A stretch of 64,000 nt of DNA from Gnetum montanum (lineage: Eukaryota; Plantae; Gnetophyta). The notes beneath the pieces were generated by a model, which saw nothing but the letters and a program-made list of their open reading frames with translations, was not told the origin of the DNA and searched no databases. Position numbers and translations under genes: made by a program. The stretch is from assembly GCA_015680685.1 (NCBI GenBank), contig MNCI01002391.1:30944-94943 (forward strand). The letters are read 5' to 3'. Of this stretch, positions 35,953-50,199 are shown piece after piece. Position 1 is the first letter of the stretch. Each line of letters starts with the position of its first letter.

Positions 35953-38900
35953 CTAAGGCTCCTCCCCTCCGTCTTTATCTGCTACTCCACTAGGTCCCAC
36001 ACCTTCACTTGGAGCCTATGCAAAACAAAAATAAAACAATAAATCAATCAATAAATGGGATGGCATGCAAAATCATAATGAAATAGACAATAATAAGGTA
36101 AGTTAAACTCACTTGACATAGGCCTACGCCCATGTCTAGGGGCATCCTGTTGAGGCTGGCTTGTAGGCATCGAAGAATCTCATCCTCTGGCATGCATGTC
36201 TAGTCCTCCTCACCCAAATCAATGGCTACGAGGGTTTTTCCTTTCTCCATGGCTATTCATATGGGCACCCCTAGAGAAAATGTTGTAGAAGTGACCTCTC
36301 TAGAAGGAATAGTGATCTCCCTCTCTAAGGACTCACTAACCACTAGATGGCTTGCGAACATCTTGTAAGCATGCTTTGCACCAATATTGTCAAGGAATAT
36401 CTCTTAACATTGATGCTCTATAGATTCATCCCTGTACTTGTTGTGGTAGGCTACGCATTCCATCTTATAATGATGTTTGTGGTTTTTTTGAGTCTATCCC
36501 CATTCATATAATTTGGCATTATAATCCTTCCAATCTTGGTTCTTCCTCACCAAGAGGTCCATTTGCAAACATTGTTCAATGACCTCATGGGTAGCCTCAT
36601 TCTTACCACAAAAAATTGACTAGTATCTAGCATAGTCAATCTCAGCCATACGCCAACTTCCATTTAACTTGTCGTAGGCTGCTAAGAAGTCATAACGTAA
36701 CTCTAAATCTTCTAGCTTGGTTGCTTGGTTTTCCTTTTGTTCCCAGAGCTCTTACACTTGCTTCCATAGCTCTTCATTCACACACCTACACTCCCACAAG
36801 GTTCCCACAATACATGACAAGGCACTTGCTCCACCTCAGGAGCGAACTCAGGTACAACATCAACCTAGACTACTTTGTTCGAGTCCCACTTGAGTCACGA
36901 GCCTATTATCCCAAATCGTGAAATAGTAGTTGTAAGAAAACAAGAAACCAAGTAAAGAAAAAAGAAGTAATGAAAATAAAGTAAATTTTCCCATCTTAGG
37001 ATCTATCTATTTAACGTAGTCAATCATATCATCCACTACGCCTTGCATAAAGGCAAACTTGTTTGGAGTTTCTGCCGATGGTGGTGTGTGGAATGTGGAT
37101 GTTGATTCTAGGTGCTTAGAAAAAGCATTAGCCATTGTAAGATAAAGAATTTTATGGTAATAAAAAAAATATACAAAAAAAGAGGAAGAAGAGGAAGAAC
37201 ACAATGAAGATGATGGTGCAAAGCTCCTACCCAACAAGCTCTCAGGGGTGATAGTAGGGGGATTGTCCATATGCATGGCATTAAACAAATGGTCAAACTC
37301 ATTGTCCTTAAATTACAACCCCTCTTATTTGAGTTTCCTCAACACTTCTGTAGCTTCCTCATCTTCAAAATGTCCCTCAGGTTAAGGGACATCATTCTCG
37401 AAAGGCTACTCTTCTACTACAGGGGCCTCTTACCTATGTTGCACAAATCTAAATTAGAATATTCAACAATAAATTCAAAAAAATAATAAATATAGAATAA
37501 CACTAAATAACACATACTTACTAGCTAATTCTAATTTCGCATCATAAAGCCTTTCCTCAACTTTATGCACAGGCTCCTCCACAAGTCAAGGCTTCTTGAT
37601 TTGTATCATTGACCTCACTATCTTAACGATGAGTCATGCCCCTCTAGTTGCATTACCTGTGTTTGTTGGGGGAGCCTCCCTAGCACTATCACATGCATGG
37701 TAGGATGGCCCCATGTGGTTCTTGTCTATCATAGGGAATGACTTGCCAATAGCCTCTGGGAGGGTCCTATAACCACATCGTGCAGAAAAAATGATCCATG
37801 GCTTGGAAATCTGGATGCAATTTTGCACCATGCATTATCCATTTTCATATACCACCAAGAATTCCAAAAACCTTTGTAGGCATGCTACAAAGAAGGCAAA
37901 ATGTACATGAGATTGTACCTAGAGGTTGCCATGTAGTTTGATAATTTTAGCTCATAGGCCATTAACAAGGTAGTTGGCCCAATTATATTGCATCACTTCC
38001 TCTATCATGTCTCTCATTACCCAAGTTTGCTCCACCCCAAGGACCTTTCTTTGTGAAAGTAGCTTAGTAAATGCATGAGCCCAGAAGATGGGATAGAGGT
38101 GTTAAGCCACAGGAAATTTCACTTTCTGTACCCTTGTGGCCTTTCTTGGTACCCAACAACTCTTCAATACCTCCTCTATGATTTAGCTCCTTATCAGTCC
38201 TCTCACCTACTAGTAGACCTTTAGATGGGACATGAAAGAGATCCAAGAAAAGGTCATCCATGATCTCAAAGACCACATGCACATTATGAACTTGTGTATA
38301 GAAACGGTCGGCACTCTCAATGAAAGAGTAAACTAAGACAATCATCTCTACTATCAGAATGTTTGGGTTCACAACCAAGAAAAGGTCCATGAGCCCAGCC
38401 CAGTAAAGGTTTTGGGCTATCCTTGCTAGGGCCTCATGTCACAACCAAGACTGCGAAGTGTCAACCTCACCATACTTGAAGAGGAGACTGGCCTTAGTGC
38501 ATCCTGAAACAACCACTGTAACCTCTCTAGACTTAGCTGAAGTTGCAATAAACAAAAGTAGAATTAGCAACATGATGAAGATATAAAATTAAAAGTGCAT
38601 GAAAATAAATAGGTGATATAACTTATGTGGTATAAATAGTGTGTGGAACAACAATAGTGGGACCGAAACCTTGTCTACACATGGTATCTAGGATGCCCAC
38701 TCAATGTCCAACCAGCTGAGATTATGGCACCTCTCATAAGATTTGGAATACCTACCAGGGTATTCCATCAAATCTACCCCAACTTTCCCTATCATTCTAG
38801 CACACATATTCTCAATGGATGATAATTCCTATAGGGTCATTTGGGTTAGGTCTAGTATCCCATTTCCATTATGAAGGTTGTTTTCATTAATGGAAAACTT

Positions 38901-39150
38901 GGCAATAGGTAGAAAAAAAGTAGTTAGCACCCTAAGTCATGAAACAATAATTAGTGTAAAAAAAATCATAACAAAGCTCACCCTCTAGCATAATAAACCA
39001 TCCCAAGTCGATTCTGGAAAATGGTCTGCACATGTCAAGTAGGAAACATGTTGTTGTATTTGTTGTAGCATTGGAACTCGGGCATTTCCTAGATCCAAGA
39101 CAAGAGTTTGAGGCCTTTTGGATGTTGGCTCAAGCTACTCGGACCTTCAC
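35953..39150 (-). pseudogene. Antisense multi-exon accessory gene, plant mobile domain (PMD)-like
   Basis: GC-richer exons are separated by short segments that are T-rich on the - strand and have GT/AG-like ends. AGLMDLFLV..LVYSFIESADRFYTQ..FEIMDDLFLDLFHVPSKG resembles PMD. Stop at 35953-35955. Confidence 0.6.
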
Positions 39151-39481
39151 GATTGACACAAAAGATAAAGAAAAGGGTAAGAATTTTAAAAATTCAAAAT
39201 TTGATGCATTTTCTATAGAATGTTAGGTATGTGATGAAAGAGGCCATGTGGCCCTCTAAATATCCTAGTGCTAGTAGGATCCAAAAAGAAGATTAATTCG
39301 AAGCTAAGTCCAAAAAGAATAGATTCTTCACTAGCTAGGATGAAGAAAAAAGTGACGAGGAAGTAGAGACCACACAAGATTCACATCTCATTTGCATGGT
39401 TCTTATGGAGGATGTAATAGAACTGCTAAAGATTATGATCAAATAATAGAAATAGATGAAGAAAGATATGATTTATTGTAT

Positions 39482-40095
39482 AATGAACTTTTGTCCTTTC
39501 AAGGTCTTTATATCAAGGTAAAGAAGGTTCTAAAAGATAAGTATCAAGAATTATCTCAACTTAACATAAAATATTTAGATCTCTTACAAGAATACTCAGA
39601 CCTAAGGGTTGAGAATCATAGATTAGTCTTATCTTATGAGTAAATTGGAAAAGAACTTGTAGATACAAAACTTGTGAATGAGAGACTTATTAAAGGAAAG
39701 GAATCCCTTCACATATTTTAGGGACAAGGATGAAATCCACATGATAAAAGTGGACTGGGATGCTATTAACAAGAAGAAGCATCAACAAAATGAACTTTTG
39801 TCCTTTCAAGGTCTTTATATCAAGGTAAAGAAGGTTCTAAAAGATAAGGATCAAGAATTATCTCAATCTAAAATAAAATAGTTTTATCTCTTACAAGAAT
39901 ACTCAGACCTAAGGGTTGAGAATCAAAGACTAACCTTATCTTATGAGTATTTTGAAAAAAACTTGCAGATACAAAACTTGTGAATGAGAGACTTATCAAA
40001 GGAAAGGAATCCATTTAGATATTTCTAGGATAAGGAAGAGATCTAGATGATAAAAGTGGACTAGCATATTATTAACAAGAATAGGCATCAACAAA
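39482..40095 (+). repeat. Tandem duplication of a 307-bp unit within gag
   Basis: Copies start at 39482 and 39789. Confidence 0.9.
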
Positions 40096-40934
40096 TGCTT
40101 CATCTAAACAAAATACTTTACCAAAGTTAGAAGTATCAACAAGCACTTCAACCAAACAAAAGGTAGCTCCAAGGTTTGATCATTTTAGTTAAAGTAGAAA
40201 GGTTAGATGCTCTTATTGTGGTAAAATTGGGCATAAGAAATGGAATTATAATTTAAAATACATCACATGAGTACTTGGTCATATCATATGACTCCTTGGT
40301 CTTACCCAAAAGTACCTAGAAATAAGACCTTGTAAGACACAAAGGAGTGAAGAATAAAATAAAAGGAAAGGAAAGTAAGAAGATTTTAAGAGTCAAACAA
40401 AATGAAGAGAAAGAAAAAACTCTGATGAATAATTTTATGAAGGGAGGTCAAACATTAGAAATTTCTCTTAATTAATACAATGATAGGAGGAACTTTGTAA
40501 GAAGAACGTCATTCCCAATCTTCATAGACTTCATGATCTTCCATCAGCAAGCAAGGTAAGTAGAGGTAAGTTTTCATTTTCTTGTCTAGTCTAAAATTCT
40601 TATAGGACTATAATCAATGGCAACTATCCCTAAAACTTCTCATTCTTAAGACATTTCACTGTCAACCCTTAGATATCTACATCTATAAATAGAGATCCAT
40701 CCATAGAAATCTACATTTGTAAATAGGCATCTGTCTGAGTTACATTTGACTCATGAGAAATGTATACTAGTTGAATTAGACACCTAAATTTTTAGGAAAG
40801 ACCTTGAAAACTATGATTGGATAAAGCAAACACTCCTCTCTTTCCTTATTTTTCCTCATTCAAGCATAGACGTCCCAGAGTAGTCGACCAAGACATCCAC
40901 CATAGTGAAAATTAGTTCATTTCCTTAAAAATCC

Positions 40935-42563
40935 ATGGTCCAAAAGATGATTGGGACATCTAGAGATCCATCACATAAGAGAACAAAGTCAAATGGAACA
41001 TCCTCAAGCACAAAAACCACTTATCTAGCTCTATTTCATTCTACTAAAGCATAACATTGATTTGAGGTAACATACTTTGTCTCAATTGTATTTGAAAGAT
41101 CTTTTTTCTTCTAGTAGCATCATCAAAAGGAGTTGATAGAATTTGTTCAAGCTATTAATTAGGTATATTTCATTTCAATGAATTTTTATATTCCTAACAT
41201 CCTTATTAGGAAATTTTATAGTAATATTACCATGACTAATGTTATTATTGGGGCTTTCATTTTTACTATTGGAGACATTTTGATTGAGGTAACTTCCCAA
41301 ATAGTTAATGCCATTCTTGGCATTTCTAGCTCTAAGGTTCATAGGGTAATCATTCATTCTATGTTAAACATGTTCTCAAATGATGTAATCCCTATTTTCC
41401 ATGGTAGATTCTATGATGCTCTTTTTTTTTTAGTTAGTATCATTGAGAAGTGGCAAAGTGCTTCAAAATAAAATTGCCTTAAGATGCTTCTACATTATTT
41501 CTTATTGTGCTATATAAGATCATTATCAAAGGAAAAAGTTATAGTTATTTGTTACCATATCAAGATTTTTTCCTATATTTTCTTCTTACTGGTCAACCAT
41601 TAAACATGGAACATATCCTCTATAGGGACATGTTGGAACTTTTCACTAGAGAGAGAGTTTATGAGTGTCCTCTTCTTATCAATATTTTGATTCATCAAAG
41701 AGGATTTTCTATTCCTAATATGCCTTTACTAAAATATAAAATAAGTCTTGGTGAATATTCAAAGAAAAGGAGTACTACTCACATAGAACCTATAGAACCA
41801 AGCTCTAGACCTTTGAAAGTGAAAAAGAAGAAAGCTTTATCATCTCCTAGGGCCTCGCCTTAGCTAAGAAGGTCCAAATTTGTTAGTGACCAAGTGAAAA
41901 TCAACTCTCAAGGAGATGATGAAATATTTGGCTAGGACTCTTGGGATGATTGGATGGAACCTCTCTTACCTTCATAAGAGAATGAATGTAGCTAGAGTAC
42001 CTCTTTTTCCAGATTGGTAGTAGTTCAAGGAGATTATCACCCCTCTTATGTTAGATAGTGAGGAAGACTATCTTGCACTAGCCAAGAATTTTATAGCTAC
42101 TAGGAAATCCTAGGCATATGAATCAAGAAATGCCTCTAATTCTAAGGATCTTGATGCACCATGAGCACATATCAAGGGCAGGTTTCCTAATCTCACATAG
42201 CTTGAGCTCCACTCTCATATTCATGGGCATGCTCCTCAAACCTTTTAGCAATAGGTGATGGAGACCATCTTTGGGACCACATCTTAGTTTAGATCAACTA
42301 ATCATATTACATATCAGAGGAAGGGTGCTTTCTAATCTTCTTAGTAGGCTCCATCTCATTCATCCACATCATCTTAGTTTTAGATGAAGGTACATCCCTA
42401 TAGATCTCCTATCACAACTTCATTTTTAGACAATGATTATGAGCAACATGTCTTTAGAACCAGCACTAGCACCGATAGTGATGATGATGAAGTGAAGACT
42501 TACAAGCCTATCGATATAGTATTTGACTTTGATGAAGTTGATGCCATTGTAATTATTGACTAG
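40935..42563 (+). pseudogene. SIRE env-like / putative plant transposon protein ORF
   Basis: Motifs PNILIRKFYSN..FTIGDILIEVTSQIVNAILGI and FFLYFLLTGQPLNMEHIL. Located before the PPTs. Confidence 0.7.
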
Positions 42564-45299
42564 AAGAGCTTCATATCTTACTCCACTTTTTGGGTGATGT
42601 CCAAAAAATGGGAGAGTTTTTAGCTTTATATGTTGGATTTATGTGTATGGACTCATATGATGTGGATGTGGTAGTTGATATTGGGTAGCTTGATGCTTTA
42701 TCCTAACTTTATATATTTTGGCTAGTTTGCTATATACATGTATGGTAACAGTACTTATTCTCAGTAGGTGATATGCATCTCAGTTGTTATAATTTGAAGA
42801 TAGGTTATGCTTTTGGAATTTATATGGGAATTTGGATAGCATACAATAGATAATTTTTAGGTAGCTCTTGAAGGATCCAATATTTCTTATGGACTTATGC
42901 AGTTTGCATCCATTGATTTAAGCCTTTATATTCTTATTTCAATCATACCTTCTACTACCATTAGATTTTATGTATATGCCTTAAAGGCTTTTATTATTTA
43001 TCATATATATATATAATGAAATGTCCTCGTCCATTTTCTTAAAGCTTTGGACATTGCCAAAAGGATGATATTGTTGACTTTATGGTATGTCAAAACCTTA
43101 GAGAAAATGGAAAATGTAGAAAAGTGTTTGTGCTTATAGTCTTGCAAGACCAAGAAGAACTAAATATTGCTAACACTTCAAAATAATATGTAAGCTAGAA
43201 CGAGAGCTATGCTAAGATGTCATTATGAGTTGAGAAGAATTGATGAGAACTAGAATTCAAATAAAGTCTACAAGCTAAATGAAGATACTTCGCGGACTAC
43301 TGAGATGCCAAATGACAATGGAATGCTTCATAAGTTAAAATGATCTTGTAGAGTAGATGTCTCAATTTGATAGTAGACATCTACCTTTAGATATAGACAT
43401 CTATGGGTAGACGTCTAAGTATAGATGTCTACATTTCCAGGTAAATATCTCTCTTGCATTAAGGCTATTTGTAGTTATACATCTCATCCTCAAAGTAGAC
43501 ATCCAAACTAGCCATTTAATAGCCATTGAATGAATTATGAGGAGTTTTTAAAAACTTAAAAGGTATAATACTAAGTATAATTCTTGAAAAGTATGCAAGT
43601 ACTATTCATTATCAAATCTATCCAAGGCTACAGAAAGAGATTTTGTATTTAGCCTTCATTGTATTATCATTTGTATGTATTGGTTGAATTGAGCCTCATT
43701 TCAAGGACTCTGTAAATTAAGTTACACTATCTTCTTGATCTCTTTTTTCTCTCTTTGTAGCCCTATGGGGTTAAGATTCTTCTTGCAAGAAGGCATCTTT
43801 GTTGGGCTTGTTGGGGCATTGCGAGGTTGAGTATTTTTTTAGTGACAAAACACTCTAGTGAAGAGATCACATTTGTTAAGGTTATCAGATTCTTTAAATC
43901 ATGTTTTGAGCTTTTTGAAACCTTGTGGATTTAAGTGGTTTTTCAGTGATGATACACTTTGGAGAAAAGCTCAAATTTTGTAAAGGTTACCCTTCAAATC
44001 ATATTTTTGAAGCAACAAAGTTCAAAGTTGTGCATAGATTCTACCATCCAAGTGTGGACTACCCAAGTTAGGGAATTGCATAAAAATTATATTTTTTTTG
44101 GTGGCTACAGTGATCCTAATTAGGGAACTTATTTAAACCCACCTTCTAAGTTCTCAATCCACAATTATTGTTATTGAGAAGCTACACTATACTAAACAAA
44201 GCCATTAGGCATATAATCATATGCAATAGTGAGGTGAACAATGAAATAAGAAGGTATCACAAAGATTGAGATGTAAGATATATTATCATATCCACAATAG
44301 ATTCTTATGTTAATTATGGTTAAAGTGACCATTATATATTTTCATCCAGGGACATCACATTGCATCATCCTAAACTCACCACTAAGAGAACTACAATCAC
44401 ATGAAATCTTGGTCATTAATTAGAGGGGTGTCTTTAGATATGGATGCATGTATTTCCAACATCATAACCAATGCTATTCCCATTAGTAGTTCACCTTTAG
44501 ACCTAGATACATGTCTTTCTAATCACATGATGAAACTAGTCTAAGAGACCTTGAGATTCCTAGAAGTAGGCTACCTTTGGGCATGGATGTATGTATTTCT
44601 ATTGGTATCTCATAAAAAGTTTTCTTATGTGAATTAATTAATTATTATGAAATCCTTATTAGAGAACTATCTTTAGAAATGAGTAACAATCTTTTTAATG
44701 ACATAGTAAGGTAACAACTTTATTAGAGAATATGCTTTCATCAAAGTTAAAACTCGAGTAATGGTATAACTACATGGAGTAGCAAAGCTTATAAAGGAAG
44801 TTCAAAGAATTAGAAAATCCTCCTGATGTTACATCCTTTTCCATTTCTTGTTTATCCTTACTCGTTTCTTCAAGGCATACTGATAATGAGTTAATTTTAG
44901 TTTCATATGAGAAGAACTATATTACTTTCCTGATAAAGATCTATTGTTCATAGAGAATGGAGGGATGGATAACATGCTCTTATTACATTTCATAATTATT
45001 TACTGAATATCTTAATTACATAGGACATAATCTAAATATCAAAGTTGGCTTCTCCACAAAAATTATAATTTTTTATTAATTTTTAAAAATACAAAATTTA
45101 AAACATAAAACAAAAATTAAAAAACATAAAATGACTCAAGGAAAAAATTCAAAAGAAAATTTTAAAATAAAAAAATGTAAAATTAATTCTCATAAGATCT
45201 TAAATCATATGGATATCTCTCTCATGACTAGGCTAGAAGATGAAGATAAAAAATGGAATAAGCTTTAGTAGTGGTAGAGGTATATGTTGAGTGCATGGC

Positions 45300-46700
45300 T
45301 AGACAGTAGTCCTTAAGAGATTAATTTATTGCATGTTGACTAATATAAGCTTTTGTGGGTAGTTAGGATGATATATGTTCATGTAACTAGATTTGAAAGT
45401 ATATTGTATAATGTATAGTTCTTTCTATAATGTTTGACATTAAGATATATGAAATAGGTTCTAGTAAAGAACCTTGTCTCTAACTTAAAATTCTGCTTGT
45501 CTTATCTTAGCATCAGATCATTGTTTGTTATAGTCTTTGTGCACTTTGTTCATCATAAGGACTACTTTCTTATTTTCATCAAGCATGTTAAAATTCATGA
45601 CTCACTTTGTCTATGCCAGGCTAATGATGAGATTAAGTGCATATGTCATGCTGACTATATGTAACTTAGTTCATATAGGAAGTTTTAATACCTTACCATA
45701 CACTAGTTCATAAAGGGAATAACCTATAGGAAGCTTCCATGTGGATCAGTAAGTCTATAAGACAGCATTAATTTTTATGGTTTAATCTCTTCCACATTTA
45801 CTAATATTCTTAGTAAGGATTCATGTGATCTTTCTATTGGTTACTTTAGCTTGATTGTTAGTTTAGGGATGGTACAATGTGATAAGTTTATGTTCTACCC
45901 CCAAGTGTCTCCTATAAGATAAGTTCCATTGTTAAACATATGTGGTCTAGATACACCAAATCTATTTATCACCTATTATTAGAAAAACCTAACTGGTGTT
46001 ATTATTGTACAATCTATTACTACTATGACCTTTGTCCATCTTCTGTAATAGTCTATAATAGTGATGATGTAAGACTTCTCATTGGACATGGATTAATGGG
46101 ACCTAGGTAATTAATTTTCCATAAGTTAGAGGATTTCAATGGTTAGATCCATTGTTGAGGATCCTCAAGTCTAATAATTATCCCATCATCATGTTGACAC
46201 CTTTGACAGAAATTGATGAACATATGAGCATCCCTGAAGATTATTGGTAAAAAATGTGCTACCACGAGGATTTCTATAGTCACTTTCTTTCCTAAATAAT
46301 GGTCTTCACAAGGTCCCTCATAAGCATCTTGGAAAATATTATACTGATTATCCTTAGGAAATGTCATTGCACCAAGAAGTCTATGTAGATTTTGTGGAGG
46401 TTACACTTTATGTTTGTGTAATGCTTGACTTGGTGTAGAGATTGTTGTCTCTTTTGCACATACCATTAAGTAGGAAACTCTTACTTAATCAAATAGATGA
46501 GACAGTTTGCATATCATGGCTTGGTTGAATTAGATGTTACCATTGTTATCTTTACAAATAACAACTCATTAGAAAATTAATTAGATAGTGGATTTTCATT
46601 AGCCTTTTATCCCATAATAATCAAGAAAAATGATCAACTATAATGTTCTTGACTCCTTTTCTATACCTCTATATCCCATGTTTCCTAAGTTTAATTGGAA
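45300..46700 (-). pseudogene. Athila-like RH end plus integrase remnant
   Basis: Contains IFQDAYEGPCEDHY..IFRDAHMFINFCQRCQ and is colinear with 540-1930. Confidence 0.8.
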
Positions 46701-48249
46701 TTGGTATAGAAATTCCCATCGCAAACCTTCTCATAGGCATAAAACATCAACATCCAAATCTTGTAATTCTGATAAGATGCATGGGTATCAATACTCATCC
46801 TAGTCCAAGGCCCATGGTTGACATAGTAAATGTTGTTTCTCACTCACTAGAAATCTTGTAAGCATGTTGCATGTTGCAACTTTCATTCACATTCTTGGAT
46901 TTTCTTTTGGAGCATTACTCTTTATAGGTATCATACATCTTGTCAACATGAGATTATGACTCTCCATGTTGTTCAATTGTATGATTTGATTACAAGATGA
47001 ATTGATATACATCTTCTTGATCATTTTTGTTCATCAACTAATTCATCAACTTATCAATTAATTTTCATAATATGCAACTACATTATCTAATTCTTAACGA
47101 TCACAACAGTGTAACTAATGATAAACTAGCGATTTAGGAAGCTCAGACTATCTTATCTACAAGGTTAAGCACTTAATCTTAAAAACTAAGATGGTCTGAG
47201 TGGTTAAATTTTCAAGTATTGACAATTAAATTGGTAGGAATAATTAGTTACCCTAAGTTGTCACCTCTTAAGGCACAATTTATGATATCATTGAATTATT
47301 GGGTATCTGGATGATAAATTTGATCTCACCATTGAGTTCAAAAAGGTGAAAAATGTTGGAAATAACTATTCATAAGTTAAAAAAGGACATCATATGCTCG
47401 AGTTATGGGAAAGTTAAGCTTTCTAAGGGTCTTAAGGTACTATGTTGGATAAGGGATGAAAAATAAGTTTTGAAGTTCCATGGGATGGATCTGACTTCAC
47501 CATTATGGCCAAAAGGTTGAAATTTGTAGAAAATAACTCTTCATTCATTGAAAAAGGTTTCCAAAGTTAAAAGTTATGGCTTTTGAGGTTTGAAACCTTT
47601 GGCACAAAATATGAGACTTCCTAAGAGGTCACCCATCCTAGTACTACTATAGGATAAGTGTGCTTAATTACAAAATTCTTACCTTGTTCCCTAGTAGTGC
47701 ACCAAATTTTTTTGAAAACACTTTTCTAAAAATTTGAATTCTTCATCAGATGATGGAAACTTCAAATTATTTATTAGTTGATAGAAAATTTAAAGTCTTT
47801 GTTTGTTAATGGAAAAAATTTTCCATTGTTCAAGTAGGGGTAGGGATGATGGTAGAAGTAGGGATGGTGCAATGACCATAGGATGTGGGAGTCACAAGTA
47901 GGATGTGCGTAGAGAGTGGCAATAGTGATGGACAGAAGGAGAATGGCAACAATGGTGTTTAGCAGTGGGTGGTGGATTTTGGTTGGTGGTAGTGGTCATT
48001 GGTGGCATAGGTAGCTCCTGCATAGCGTAGGTAGCTTCTACACAACATAAGTAGACCTATGCACCCTTCTTTAGGGCTCACATGACCAAAAAGAGGCTTG
48101 TGTGGCCATTCTATCAAGGTAAGCGAGGCCCAAATGATTCTATATTACTCTTTCAAGGGCTTGCACAACCCTCACTAGGGCTTGTCTAGCTCTTACTAGG
48201 GCCTAGGTGGTTCTCAATTTGATAGCGATGATGGTTTCCTATAGCAGCT

Positions 48250-48555
48250 GTGAAGGAAGCAGCAAATTTTGATGCTAGCAAAGTTCGCAGGATACTACAA
48301 AGACTAGTGATTTTGGATGTTGATAGTGTCCATGATGTATTAGAAGGGACACCAATTTCTAGCATTGACAATGTCCATGGTGCATCAAAAGAAATATTGA
48401 TTTCCAAGCCTAGTGGTGTCCATGGTGAATTGAAAGGGGTAGTGATTTCCAGTGCCAATGGTGTTTGTGATGCACTAGAAGGGACAACGATTTTCAGCAC
48501 TAGTGGTTTCTATGGAGCGATGGAGGAAGCAACAATTTTTGGTGTCAGTAGATAG
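48250..48555. repeat. 45-bp degenerate tandem repeat, about 7 copies
   Basis: 15-aa periodicity in the ORFs on both strands (VHDVLEGTPISSIDN / VHGASKEILISKPSG / ...). Confidence 0.85.
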
Positions 48556-49530
48556 TGATGATAAGAATAGTTGTAGTGTGAAGGAAAGAGAGCACATGCA
48601 TGACACATGGCAAAGGCATAGTGCAACATATGTAGACAACAATGAGTGGCAAGCAACATGCACGATGGTAGGTGATGATGCAAAAGTCACAGAGGCGCAA
48701 CATGACAAAGGTGTTCTTGTGCCTAGCTGCAATGTTATCCAACCAACCTGTTGGCCTTGCAATGCAAGTAGGCTCTCATTGGTAGCTTGGTTAGCTCCAA
48801 CACAATGTGGCTAGGCCTTTTAGCCCTATTGCATAGTTTCACAGTAGGCCCTATTTGGCTATCAGGTCAACCTCAATGATGTGGTCACCTTGGTGTTACA
48901 GTGCAAGTAGGCTATAGGCCCTAACCATTAGGGTTAGAAACATGATTCTAAATATTTTTAAATAAATTATTAAAATTTCAAAATTGAAGGCTATGATCAA
49001 ATCCATGACCTCCCACTCCCCCTTCCCTTTTCTTAACCTATTATTATTATTTTATTTTACCTTGCCTTCGCGATTGATGTGGTGGTTCAACCGATGAGCG
49101 TGTAGATTTTGGGTTTGATTTTCAACCCTAAAATTTTATATTTTTTTAAATAATAATTTAATAATTTAATATTATTTTAATGAATGCAAAATAAGAAACT
49201 TAAAACAATGATATCTCTCAAATCATAAGTCTGATCAAGATGAAATTTGTACCATTGGAATCATCTTGATGAATACTATACATTGGAAATAGTCTTAGGA
49301 TTCAAATAAAAAGTTGGGATTTTAGGAATTAAGAGGACCAAAATATCCTATTTTGTTGAACTAACATTACTAAGCTGAGATATGGATAACTTGAGATCTT
49401 CTAAGTTAACTTGATTTCAATTATAACTAATATATTGACTTTTAGGTAATCATGTAACAAATATAGAATACAATTTTGAAAATGATATAGATCTATCCTC
49501 TATACCCTAGCAACGTTCTAAGGAGAAGAT

Positions 49531-50111
49531 TATGACAACATCATTGGTTTCCCCATGGGTCTCTTTGTAATAACTGTTATTGATTAAGTATGAATGAGAT
49601 GATTTTGATGGCTAAATTGAATCTATTAAACTTGATTAATGCATAGGTCCATGAGAGGAAAGAAAAGGAAAAATGTAGAAGGAAATAGGAAGGAATGCTT
49701 TATTAATATAAAATAGAATATTTGGTTCATGCTTTGAGAGTGTTCCTTGTGGTTTTCTTCCTTCAACATTTATCCCTTAGAGGCAATCCAGCGCTACCAC
49801 CATGGTTACACCTATAATTGGCCATAAGGGATGGTCAGTAGACTTCCTATCCTACTTCACCCAGCACTCATTACTCACCTTTAGCAACTCTACAACTCCA
49901 TGCTGGCATGACTTCTAAGTCTAGGTATAAATGCCTTAGGTCAAACCCAGAAAGGTCACCTTGAGAGACACATCTATTATTATAATGCACCCTTTCAGGT
50001 CTCAATTATAACACTCCCTTTTAGGTCTTGTTATGATAATGATGATACTTGTTATGAAGAGGCATCATCTTTTTTTATGCAACAACATCATTTGGAAATG
50101 GGGATGTTACA
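49531..50111. repeat. LTR-like segment related to 59455-59927
   Basis: 49740-49970 aligns with 59645-59865. Ends in GGGATGTTACA. No TSD found and orientation is uncertain. Confidence 0.55.
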
Positions 50112-50199
50112 TGAATGCTATTAAAAGTTTCTACTTACTTCATTGATCAATTGTGGTTCACCCTTAGTGATATCTGGCTCTATAGTCCCATATAATTCA

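Larger units (their letters stand above)
39155..44156 (+). mobile_element. SIRE-like Ty1/copia remnant: gag 3' part, env-like ORF, multiple PPTs and 3' LTR; no pol
   Basis: Two Zn knuckles (C.VCDERGH near 39220 and CSYCGKIGH near 40208) flank a coiled coil. PPT-like tgatgtccaaaaaatgggagag near 42595 and ttgccaaaaggatgata near 43054. LTR TGTTG from 43072 to about 44156. Confidence 0.75.

Noticed and set aside
44510-44600. Hammerhead ribozyme (tgatgaaac)
   Set aside because: No CUGANGA/GAAA core with flanking stems.
48250-48555. CRISPR-like array or host repeat-protein gene
   Set aside because: The repeats are contiguous and degenerate with no spacers or cas genes, and there is no gene structure.
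48995-49125. tRNA gene or SINE
   Set aside because: Only degenerate box-like motifs are present, with no cloverleaf, tail or TSD.
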